Shown here: positions 20,736 through 30,741 of the stretch, piece by piece | Position numbering within the stretch: position 1 is the first letter of the stretch | How the letters are laid out: the number at the start of each line of letters is the position of its first letter | Source of the DNA: an uncultured Thermoleophilia bacterium | GTDB taxonomy: Bacteria > Actinomycetota > Thermoleophilia > UBA2241 | Assembly: GCA_963702475.1 (NCBI GenBank) | Contig: CAVPCT010000002.1 | Coordinates: 350,009-414,008 of the forward strand | Direction of reading: 5' to 3' | Length of the DNA: 64,000 bases | Notes under the pieces: generated by a model | Told to the model about the DNA's origin: nothing | The model's database searches: none | What the model saw: only the letters and a program-made list of their open reading frames with translations | Position numbers and translations under genes: made by a program

Positions 20736-23274
20736 ATGGCAGAGCAGGAATTCATCAACTGCTGCATCGGCGGCATGGTCAAGGTCACCGTCGAGGACGG
20801 CGTGATCAAGCGCATGCGCCCTCTGCGTCTGACCGAAGAGGACGGCGGCCGCTGGACGCATCGAGGCCAAGGGCAAGCGGTTCACCGACCCGCGCAAGAC
20901 CACGATCAACCCGTTCAACATCGCCGAGCGCACGCGCGTGTACGCGGAGAACCGCATCAAGTACCCGATGAAGCGCAAGAACTTCGACCCCGAACGGCGA
21001 GCGGCACCCCGAGCTGCGCGGCAAGGACGAGTACGTGCGCATCACCTGGGACGAGGCGCTGGACCTGGTCACCAGCGAGATCACGCGCGTGCGCGAGACC
21101 TACGGCCCGGCGGCCATCACCGCCTTCGTCTCGCTCGCACCACAACTACGGGCTGCTGTACTACAAGATGGGCCCCATGCCGCGCTTCTACAACATCCTC
21201 GGCTACACCCAGCTCCTGGACAATCCGGACAGCTGGGAGGGCTGGCACTGGGGCAGCATGCACACCTGGGGCTGGTACTGGCGGTTCGGCCAGTGCGACT
21301 GCTTCGACATGCTGGCCGAGGCGCTCAAGAACACCGAGCAGCTCATCTACTGGTCGGTGGACCCCAACACCTCGGCCGGCGGCTACGGCGGCCAGGAGAC
21401 CGTGATCTGGCGCGAGTGGCTGCGCGAGCTGGGCGTCGGCGCCATCTTCATCGACCCCTACTGCAACGCGACCGCCGCGCACATGGCCGACAAGTGGCTC
21501 GCGCCGCGGCCCGGCACCGACGCGGCGCTGGCGCAGGCGATCGCCTGGCAGTGGATCGTGGACGACACCTACGACCACTGGTTCATCGAGAACCGCACCG
21601 TCTACTTCGACGAGTGGAAGGACTACATCCTCGGCAAGGTCGACGGCGTGCCCAAGACGCCCGAGTGGGCGGCCCCCATCTGCGACATCCCGGCGCACAC
21701 CATCAAGGCGGTGGCCAGGCAGTGGATGTGCAAGAAGACGATGCTGGCCACCGGGTCCATGTACGGCACCGCCGGGGCCTGCCGCAACTCGTTCGCCACC
21801 GAGTGGGCCAGCCTCATGATCCACCTGGCCGCGATGATGGGCATCGGCAAGGAGGGCGTGAACATCTGGGGCGGAGCCGCTCACGGCGCTCCGCTGGACA
21901 TGCGCTTCAAGAGCGCCGGCTACTCCGACTGCGGCTGGGACGTCTTCGGCCTGGTGGCCGAGCAGCCCACCTTCCCCGACCGCAACTCGGTCACGCAGAA
22001 GGTGTACCGGCTCAGCCTGCCGGAGGCGATCCTCGACGGCCACATCGAGTGGTACGGCGAGGGCTTCTGCGTGCAGTACCCCGAGCAGCAGTTCAAGCCC
22101 ATGCAGTACCCCGAGCCCGGCCCGAACGGCGCCGAGATCAAGATGATCCACCGCCACGGCGGCTCGTTCATCAGCACCATGAGCGACACCAGCAAGTGGG
22201 TGCGCATGTACCAGAGCCCCAAGCTGGAGTTCGTGGTGATGCAGGACTGCCACTGGCAGAGCGAGACGAAGTTCGGCGACGTGATCCTGCCGGCCTCCAC
22301 CAACTTCGAGCACAACGACATCTCGGAGTGGGCGCAGCCGGGCGGCTACGGCAACGGCAACGTCAACTGCAACCACCGCATCCTGATGTACCAGCAGAAG
22401 TGCATCGAGCCGCTGTGGGAGTCCAAGCCGGACTACCAGATCTACTGCGAGCTGGCCGAGCGCCTGGGCTTCCTCGAGGAGTACACCGAGGGCAACTCGG
22501 AAGAGGACTGGATCAAGAAGGTCTTCGCGATCACCGACCTGCCCAAGCACCTCACCTACGAGGAGTTCAAGGAGAAGGGCTACTTCGTGGTGCCGTCGGT
22601 GCCCGACGACTACGAGCCCACGATCTCCAACCAGTGGTACTACGAGGGACGCCCGGTCGACACGCCGGACAGGTTCAACCCGCTGGCCGACACCGAGCAC
22701 GCCACCGAGATGGCCACCCCCTCGGGCAAGATCGAGTTCAAGCGGACCATCCTCGAGAAGTACTTCCCCGACGACGAGGAGCGGCCGATCATGCCGCGCT
22801 ACATCCCGCTGTACGAGGGGCACGAGACCACCGGGCCTCGTGGACAAGTACCCGCTCATCATCATGACGCCGCACGCCAAGTTCTCGTACCACACGCACC
22901 AGGACAACAAGATCCAGTGGCTCAACGACATCAGGCAGCACCGGATCATCAAGGACGGCTACCCGTACTGGCCGATGCGCCTGAACCCGGGTGACGCCGA
23001 GGAGCGGGGCATCAAGGACGGCGACATCGTCGAGGTCTACAACGACCGCGCCAGGGTGCTCGGCGTGGCCCTGGTGACCGAGCGCTGCCGCCCGGGCCTG
23101 GTGCACTCCTACCAGGCCGGCGCCAAGTACGACCCGCTCGAGCCCGGCAACGCCGACAGCGTGGACAGAGGCGGGTGCGTCAACCTGCTGTCGCCGTCTC
23201 GCTACACCAGCAAGAACGCCTGCGGCGAGGCCAACATGTCCTATCTCGTCGAAGTCCGCAAGTGGGAGGCCTGA
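20736..23274 (+). CDS. AthL-family Mo-bisMGD large subunit, paralog 3; several frameshifts
   Basis: CCIGGMVKVTVEDG, DNPDSWEGWHWG, TPHAKFSYHT, DRGGCVNLLSP; closely similar to paralog 2. Confidence 0.9.
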
Positions 23275-23276
23275 CA

Positions 23277-24107
23277 ATGACCCGGTATGGGATGGTGATC
23301 GACGTCGACAGGTGCGTGGGGTGCTACAACTGCTTCCTCACCTGCCGCGACGAGTACGCCGGCAACGCGTACCCCGGCTACTCCGCCCCTCAGCCGATGA
23401 GCGGCATGGACTGGATGAAGGTCAACGAGATCGAGCGCGGGCAGTACCCGCACGTCAAGGTCGACCACGTGCCCGTGACCTGCGCGCACTGCGACTCCGC
23501 CGTCTGCGTCACCCTGGACCAGACCGGGGCCATCTCACCGGCGCGCGGACGGCATCGTGCTGATCGACCCGGAGAAGGCCAAGGGCAACAAGGGCCTGGT
23601 GGCGCTGTGCCCGTATCGCCAGATCGAGTGGAACGAGGAGCTCCAGCTGGCGCAGAAGTGCACCCTGTGCGCGCACCTGCTGGACGCGGGCGACCCGGAG
23701 CCCCGCTGCGTGGAGTCCTGCCCGAGCGGGGCGATCGATCTTCGGCGACCTCGACGACCCCAGCAGCAAGGTCGCCGCGCTGGTGGCCTCGGGGACCGAG
23801 GTCGATTCACCCCGAGTACGCGATGGGCGAGAAGGTCACGTACAAGGGCCTGCCCAAGAAGTTCGTCGCCGGCACCGTCGTCTACGGCGACGTGGACGAG
23901 GTCGCCGCCGGGATCGACGTGGTGCTGACCGGCGACGGCGTGAGCGAGACCATGAAGACCAACGGCTTCGGCGACTTCGAGTTCGACGGCCTCGCGGACG
24001 CCGCCACCTACACGGTCACCGTCGAGGCGCCGGGCTACGCGCCCGCCACCCTGAAGGCCACGACGCGCAGGGACCTCTACCTGGGCGAGATCGTCCTGCA
24101 GAAGTAG
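23277..24107 (+). CDS. Transhydroxylase-type Fe-S small subunit (AthS/RehS-like) with C-terminal beta-sandwich domain; internal frameshifts
   Basis: MVIDVDRCVGCYNCFLTC, CAHCDSAVC, DGIVLIDPEKAKG, CPY, QKCTLCAHLLD, PRCVESCP, TNGFGDFEFDGL. Confidence 0.9.
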   Translation: MTRYGMVIDVDRCVGCYNCFLTCRDEYAGNAYPGYSAPQPMSGMDWMKVNEIERGQYPHVKVDHVPVTCAHCDSAVCVTLDQTGAISPARGRHRADRPGEGQGQQGPGGAVPVSPDRVERGAPAGAEVHPVRAPAGRGRPGAPLRGVLPERGDRSSATSTTPAARSPRWWPRGPRSIHPEYAMGEKVTYKGLPKKFVAGTVVYGDVDEVAAGIDVVLTGDGVSETMKTNGFGDFEFDGLADAATYTVTVEAPGYAPATLKATTRRDLYLGEIVLQK

Positions 24108-24113
24108 GCCGGC

Positions 24114-25564
24114 ATGCCTGGGATCACAGCATACGGAGCGTACATCCCGCTGCACCGGCTGAGCCGGGCGGAGATCGCGCGGGCGTGGGGCGGCAAGGCG
24201 GCCCCGGGCGAGCGCGCGGTCGCGAGCTACGACGAGGACAGCCTCACCATGGCCGTGGCCGCGGCGCGGGACTGCCTCAGGGACGCGGACCGCGCCACGG
24301 TCGGCGCGGTGTACTTCGCCTCCACCACGGCGCCCTACAAGGAGAAGCAGTCGGCCGCCGACCATCGCGTCGGTGCTGGACCTGCCGCCGGACACGGCGA
24401 CCGCGGACTTCGGCGGCTCGCTGCGCTGCGGCACCAACGCCCTCAAGGCGGCGCTGGACGCGGTGGCGGCCGGGAGCGCGCAGAGCGTGCTGGTCTGCGC
24501 CGCGGACATGCGCCTCGGGCTACCCCGCCGGCCCCGGCGAGATGAACTTCGGGGACGGCGCCGTGGCGCTGCTGGTCGGCGCCGGCGAGACGCTCGCCGA
24601 GGTCGAGCACTTCGACAGCCGCTACTGGGAGATCCAGGACACCTGGCGCTCGGACCAGGACACCTTCGTGCGCACGGCCGAGGACCGCTTCTCGATGGAC
24701 GAGGGCTACGCCGACGTCATGGTGCACAGCGTGGCGGCGGCCCTCGAGAAGTACGGGCTGGCCGCCGCCGACGTGGCGCACTTCGCCTTCAACGCCCCCA
24801 ACGTGCGCCAGGTCAAGGGCGTCGCGAAGAAGCTCCGCTTCGACGAGCAGACCCAGGTCAACGACGTGCTGCACGCGTCGGTGGGCGACACGGGCTGCGC
24901 CGCGAGCCTGCTCAGCCTGGTCGCGGCGCTGGAGCAGTCCAGGGGCGGCGAGACGATCCTCCTGGCCTGCTACGGCAACGGCTGCGACACCGCCGTCCTG
25001 CGGACGACGGACCGCGTCGGCTCCGTGCCGGCCTGTCGCGGCGTGCGCGGGCACATCGAGTCCCGGCGCGAGCTGAGGAACTACGAGCAGTACCTGCGCT
25101 GGCGCGGGCTGCTCCCGATCCAGCCGGCCGCGCGCCCGCCCGTCGAGGAGCGCATGCCCTCGCCGGCGGCCCAGTGGCGCGAGGTGCCCTGGGAGATGCG
25201 GCTCACGGGCACGAGGTGCCTGCACTGCGGCACGCCGCAGTACCCGCCGCAGCGCGTGTGCGTCACGTGCCACACCAAGGACGAGATGGAGCCGTACCGG
25301 TTCACCGACGTGCCGGCGAGGCTGTTCTCGTTCTCGCACGACTACGTGATGGAGACCCTGGACACGCCGGTCACCGTGACCTTCGTCGACTTCGAGGGCG
25401 GCGGCCGCCTCATGTGCGACATGACCGACCGCGACCCGGACGAGGTCGCGGTCGGCATGCCCCTCGAGATGTCGTTCCGCCGTCTCTACTACGTGAACGG
25501 CGTCTACAACTACTGGTGGAAGTGCCAGCCGGTCAGGTGCCGGCAGACCGGGACCGAGGTGTGA
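24114..25564 (+). CDS. HMG-CoA-synthase-like domain fused to Zn-ribbon/OB-fold (DUF35); PhlA+PhlB-like; two frameshifts
   Basis: GITAYGAYIP, DEDSLTMAV, DFGGSLR, GDGAVA, YGNG; C-terminal CLHC...CVTC, VDFEGGGR, YWWK. Confidence 0.85.
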
Positions 25565-25566
25565 CC

Positions 25567-26753
25567 GTGGAGAGCATCAAGGACAGAGTCGCGATCGTCG
25601 GCATGGGCTGCGTCAAGTTCGGCGAGAACTGGGGCCAGAGCCTCGAGGACATGATCATCGACGCCGCCTACGAGGCGTTCGAGGACGCCGGCATCGGGCC
25701 GGACGACATCCAGGCGGCGTGGTGGGGCACGGTGTTCGCCGGCCACACCGGCCAGATCCTGGCCGCGCCGCTCAAGCTCGCCTACATCCCCGTCACGCAC
25801 GTCGAGAACGCCTGCGCGACGGGCTCCGAGGCCATCAGGAACGCCTGCTACGCGGTGGCCGCCGGCCAGTACGACATCGTGCTCGCCGTCGGCGCCGAGA
25901 AGCTCAAGGACTTCGGCTACTCCGGCCTGCCGCAGACGCGGCCGGTCGCCACCTGGAGCTACCGGCTCACCACCCAGACGCCGGCGGCCGGGTTCGCCAT
26001 GATGGCCACCGCCTACTTCGCCAAGTACGGGCTCGAGTACGACGTGGGCAAGGACCTCCTCGGGCAGATCGCCGTCAAGAACCACCACAACGGCTCGCTC
26101 AACCCCAAGGCCCACTTCCAGCGCGAGATCACGCCTGGAGCAAGGCCGTCAACGCGCCGATGATCGCCTGGCCGCTCGGGCTGTTCGACTGCTGCGGCGT
26201 GAGCGACGGCGCGGCGGCCGCGGTCATCACCCGGGCCGACCTGGCCAAGAAGTTCCGGCCGGACCCCATCTACATCAAGGCCGCGCAGATCTGCCAGGGC
26301 CCGCGCGAGGGCTGGCTCAGCCAGGTCTACGACCTCGCGCACGTGGAGGAGACGTACCGCGGCGGCCAGGCCGCCTACGCGGAGGCCGGCATCAAGGACC
26401 CGCGCAAGGAGATCAGCATCGCCGAGGTGCACGACTGCTTCTCCATCACCGAGCTCACGATCATGGAGGACCTGCAGTTCAGCCCGCGGGGACGCGCCGG
26501 CGAGGACATCGAGGCCGGCACGTTCGCCATCGAGGGCGAGCTGCCGGTGAACACCGACGGGGGCCTCAAGTGCTTCGGCCACCCCATCGGTGCGACCGGC
26601 CTGCGCATGCTCTACGAGGTCTACAAGCAGCTGCAGGAGAAGGCCGGGCCTCGGCAGGTGAAGGACCCGCGCCTCGGCCTGACCCACAACCAGGGCGGCG
26701 AGCCCGGGTCCGCCACCGTCAGCGTCATCATCGCCGGCAACGAGCTGGGCTGA
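25567..26753 (+). CDS. Thiolase-like acetyl-CoA acetyltransferase (SCP2/PhlC-type); frameshift near 26135
   Basis: VAIVGMG, VENACATG (catalytic Cys), AVKNHHNG, SDGAAA, EVHDCF, NTDGGLKCFGHPIGATG, HNQGG. Confidence 0.9.
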
Positions 26754-26767
26754 GGGGGCCGAGGCTA

Positions 26768-26827
26768 TTGACTTCCCGGGGAGCCCGCACTACGATGTGG
26801 CAACTTCGTATACGAACTCGCATACGC
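26768..26827 (+). promoter_or_regulatory. Promoter plus operator, copy 5 (marR, autoregulatory position)
   Basis: TTGACT (26768-26773)-N17-TACGAT (26791-26796), then AACTTCGTATACGAACTC-GC-ATACGC. Confidence 0.85.
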
Positions 26828-26829
26828 AC

Positions 26830-27412
26830 ATGAAAACGTCCCCAGACAGCATGGCCGCGAGCGTGGTCGACGACCACAAGGGCCCAACGGGATCGGAGGG
26901 CGAATTGCCCGTCACAGAGTCTCGCTCGGTCTCCGACGAGTACTTCATGCTGTGGGTGCTGATCGCCCAGACCAAGGACGCGATCCTGCGTGCGCGAGAG
27001 CTCGAGTACGCGCGCTACGGCATCAGCAACGAGCGGCGCGCGATCCTGGCCATCATCCAGCGCAACGGCGGCCGCAGCACCCCGGTGGACATCGCCCGGG
27101 ACCTCTTCCGCGAGCTCCACTCCGTCACCGAGATGCTCGTGCGCATGGAGCGGGACGGCCTCATCGTGAGGCACAAGGGGACGGGCCGGTCCAAGGTGGA
27201 GGTCAGCCTCACCGAGCAGGGCCTCGACGTCTTCCACCAGTCCCTGAACAGCGAGGCGGACAGCAGGATCTTCTCGGTGCTCACCAAGAAGCAGCGTGAG
27301 CGCCTCTCGCAGTACCTGTGGAAGCTGCGCGGCAGGACCATGGAGCATCTCGGCATCCCCGAGTGGCAGCTCACCTTCCTGCCCGCAGCCCGACGAGAAG
27401 GAGGGACCCTGA
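26830..27412 (+). CDS. MarR family transcriptional regulator (probable frameshift at the 3' end; raw ORF runs to 27588)
   Basis: YGISNERRAIL, TPVDIARDL, SVTEMLVRMERDGLIVR, VSLTEQG winged-helix pattern. Confidence 0.88.
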
Positions 27413-27589
27413 CGCGCGCGACCGGGGCGGTCGCGCCGGCGGCCTGTGAGGGGCCGTCGCACAGGCGTCCACGACGAGGACGGACCGAAGGAGGCTGGTA
27501 TTCACCGAGGGGGTTCGATCAAGGTGTCACGACGCAAGCTGCATCGCACGGAGCACCAAGGAAGAGTCATGGCAAACAGGGGGAGTGAT

Positions 27590-28674
27590 ATGAAGAGTTC
27601 GAAATGGGCCATCGTGCTGCTGATCGTCATCCTGGCGGTGAGCCTCTCGGTCGTGCTCGCCGCCTGCGGCGGCGACGAGCCGGCGGCGGAGGAGTCCGCG
27701 GCGGCCGTCGAGGACACGGGCCAGACGTGGGACCTCAAGTTCAGCTACCCGACGCCTGAGCGCGCCAGCCTCGTACCGGCGTACCTCGTGCCGTGGAGCG
27801 AGGCCGTCACCATGGCCACCGACGACCGCGTGAAGATCACCCACTACGCCGAGAACTCGCTGGTCAAGGAAGAGCAGCAGTGGGACGCCCTGCTCTCGGG
27901 CACGTCGGACATCGCCCTGATCGAGCCGGAGTTCAACCCCGGCATGTTCCCGATCTCGGAAGTCGGCTCGCTGCCGTACCAGTTCCCGGACGCGGTCACG
28001 GCCGCCAAGACGTTCTGGGACGTCGTCACCCAGAAGGCCCAGGATGAGTGGAAGGACGTGCAGGTCCTCGGCGTGACGGTCATCGCGCCGGCCCAGTACC
28101 GCGGCAACGTCGAGGTCAAGGGCGACGTCACCAAGTTCGAGGGCACGCGCATGCGGTCCGGCGGCACGGATCGAGACCTGGATCGTCGAGGCGTTCGGCG
28201 CGACCCCGGTGGAGATCGGGACCGGCGACCTCTCGACGTCGCTCGAGCGCGGCATGGCCGACGGCGCCTTCCTCAGCTACTCGCTGATCCTGGCCATGGC
28301 CAAGGACTTCACCAAGTACACGACCGAGTGCAACATGTTCTATCGCTGCTGGGTCATCGCGATGAACAAGGACGTCTGGAACTCCATGCCGACGACCGTC
28401 CAGGACCAGATCATGGGCGTGAGCGGGCAGGAGGGCTCGGCCAAGTACTCGGCCGCCAACGCCGGAGTCGAAGCGGCGAGAAGAAGGGCCTCGAGGGCGC
28501 CGACAAGGGCATGGGCAATCCGCCGATCTACGTGCTGACCGCGGCGAGCTCGCCACGTGGACCGAGGCGTGCCAGCCGGTCATCCAGAAGTGGATCGACC
28601 AGCTGTCCGACCCGGCGACCGGCCAGGAGGTCATCGACTTCATCGCCGCGCAGAACGCGACCTACGCCCAGTAA
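27590..28674 (+). CDS. TRAP transporter substrate-binding lipoprotein (DctP family); frameshifts
   Basis: Signal peptide with lipobox LAAC; PGMFPISEVGSLPY, GTRMRSGG, LERGMADG, MNKDVWNSMP. Confidence 0.85.
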
Positions 28675-28687
28675 GCGACACGTGACT

Positions 28688-28728
28688 GACGGCCGGCCCC
28701 GGCCCAGTCCTCGCCGGGGCCGGCCGTC
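28688..28728 (+). terminator. Hairpin after dctP (stabiliser or attenuator)
   Basis: GACGGCCGGCCCCGGC...GCCGGGGCCGGCCGTC. Confidence 0.5.
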
Positions 28729-28752
28729 CCATACAGCAGTGAAGGGACGCCT

Positions 28753-29310
28753 ATGAACGAACATGGACGACCGGAGGGTGACGCGGCGCTGCCGGCCTCA
28801 GGGCTGGTGCGGTTCGCCGACTCGTTCGAGGCCCTCCTCGGGAAGATCTACACGGCCGATCGCGTGGGTCGGGGCCGCCACCTTGGCTGCGCTGGTCGTG
28901 GCGATGTTCTGCTCCGTCATCGGGCGCAGGTTCTTCAACTCCCCGCTGGAGGGCTCCGGGGACATCATCGAGATGTCGCTGCTGATCATGACCGCCACGG
29001 TCCTGGGCCTGGAGCACCTCGGCCACGAGAAGATGACCGTCGACATCCTCAGCAAGCAAGTTCTCGAAGAAGGCGCAGGCGATCATCGCTCCGTCATCTA
29101 CTGCCTCGCCATCGCCATCCTGTGCCGTGGCGTTCTAGAGTTGATGGTGTGGGCCGGCAAGCTCTTCGAGCGCGGCGAGACCACGCCCGGGCGTGCTGGA
29201 GCTCCCCAAGTACCCCTTCGCCTACCTGATCGCGTTCGGGATCCTCACGCTGGTCCCCATCTACGTGGTCCGGCTGCTGCGGGCCATCGGACGAGGTGAG
29301 GCGGCCATGA
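28753..29310 (+). CDS. TRAP small permease (DctQ); frameshifts
   Basis: VIGRRFFNSPLEGSGDI, HEKMTVDIL, GETT...LELPKYPF; about 4 TM segments. Confidence 0.8.
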
Positions 29311-30627
29311 GCACCCTTCCGCTGTGGGCCTGCGGCATCATCGGCGCGGGGGTCTTCTTCGGCCTCATGTTCCTCAAGCTCCACGTCGGCCTCTCGATGA
29401 TGATCGGCGGGTTCGTGGGCTTCATCCTGACCCGGGGTCTGCCGGCCGCAGAGATCGACCCTGCGAGGACGATCTTCGAGGTGTCCACCTCGCCGATCCT
29501 GGTCATCATCCCGCTGTTCGTGCTGATGGGCGTCATCGCGGGGGCCGGCGGAGTCATCGCCGCCGCGTTCGAGACCTTCGACAAGTGGCTGGGGCACCTG
29601 CGCGGCGGCCTGGCCATGGCCACCGTGGGCGCGTGCGCCGCGTTCGGGGCCGTGTGCGGCGACAACATCGCCACGGCGGTGACGATGAACAAGGCGGCCC
29701 TGCCCGCAGATGCGGAAGCTGGGGTACGACGACAAGCTCTCCTTCGGCTCCATCGCCGCCGGCGGCAACCTCGGCATCCTGATCCCGCCGAGCGCCGCGT
29801 TCGTGGTGTACGGCTTCATCACCGAGAACAACATCGCCAACCTGTTCGTCTCGGGCATCCTGCCCGGCATCATCCTGACCGCGATGTTCATGGTCGACGA
29901 TCGCGATCTGGTGCAAGCGTGACCCGAGCCTGTCCTCGAAGCACGAGCCCCAGACCCATGAAGGTCAGGCTGGCCTCGCTGCAAGGGGCTGATCGGCATC
30001 GTCGCGGTGTTCGTGCTCGTGATGGGCGGCCTCATGGGCGGCGTCTTCACGCCGCAGGAGGCCGGCGCCGTGGGTACGGTCGCGATGATCGTCGTGAGCC
30101 TCTTCTACAGGCAGCTCACGTGGAAGAAGCTGGGCCACGCCCTGGTGGAGTCGACGAAGACGTCCGCCATGATCCTGCTGCTCATCATGGGGGCGAGGTA
30201 CTTCAGCTACTTCATCACCACGACGGAGCTGCCGCAGACGCTCTCCGACCTGATCCTCAACGCGAACCTCAACGGCTACATCGTGATCATCCTGGTGTGC
30301 ATCCTGTGGATCATCCTGGGCATGCTCATGGACATCTGGTCGGTGATGATCATCACGCTGCCGATCTTCTACGGCATCCTGCTCACCCTGGGGTTCGACC
30401 CGCTGCAGCTGGGCGTGATCGTGGTGCTGTGCATCATGCTGGGCTGCGTCACCCCGCCGGTGGGCGTGGTGGTGTTCTCGCTGGCCGGCATGCACAGGGA
30501 CGTGCCGATGTACACCATCTTCAAGGGTGTCTGGCCGTTCATCTACGCGATGGTCATCTTCCTGCTGATGATCATCTTCATCCCTTGGATCAGCACGTTC
30601 CTGCCTAGCCTCGTGGTACCAGGCTAG
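29307..30627 (+). CDS. TRAP large permease (DctM); frameshifts
   Basis: IPLFVLMG, GHLRGGLA, GGNLGILIPPS, FTPQEAGAVG, TPPVG. Confidence 0.88.
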
Positions 30628-30647
30628 CCAGCCGACCTGCAGAATGG

Positions 30648-30688
30648 AGACTCCCCTGCCTCGTCCGGCGGATGAGGCAGGGGAGTCT
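30648..30688 (+). terminator. Hairpin closing the marR-TRAP operon
   Basis: AGACTCCCCTGCCTCGTCC-ggc-GGATGAGGCAGGGGAGTCT. Confidence 0.55.
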
Positions 30689-30741
30689 GCTGCGAGCAGG
30701 AAGTGCACGGTGCACGAGCGACGACATCGGAGTGTGGCCTC

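Noticed and set aside
3936-26827. The repeated ~27-bp motif as a CRISPR repeat or mobile-element end
   Set aside because: Copies are about 0.1-12 kb apart rather than regularly spaced; no cas or transposase genes.
29193-30608. Apparent DctQ-DctM fusion ORF
   Set aside because: An ATGA stop/start overlap with an upstream GAGGTGAGG SD at 29293-29310 indicates two genes joined only by a frameshift error.
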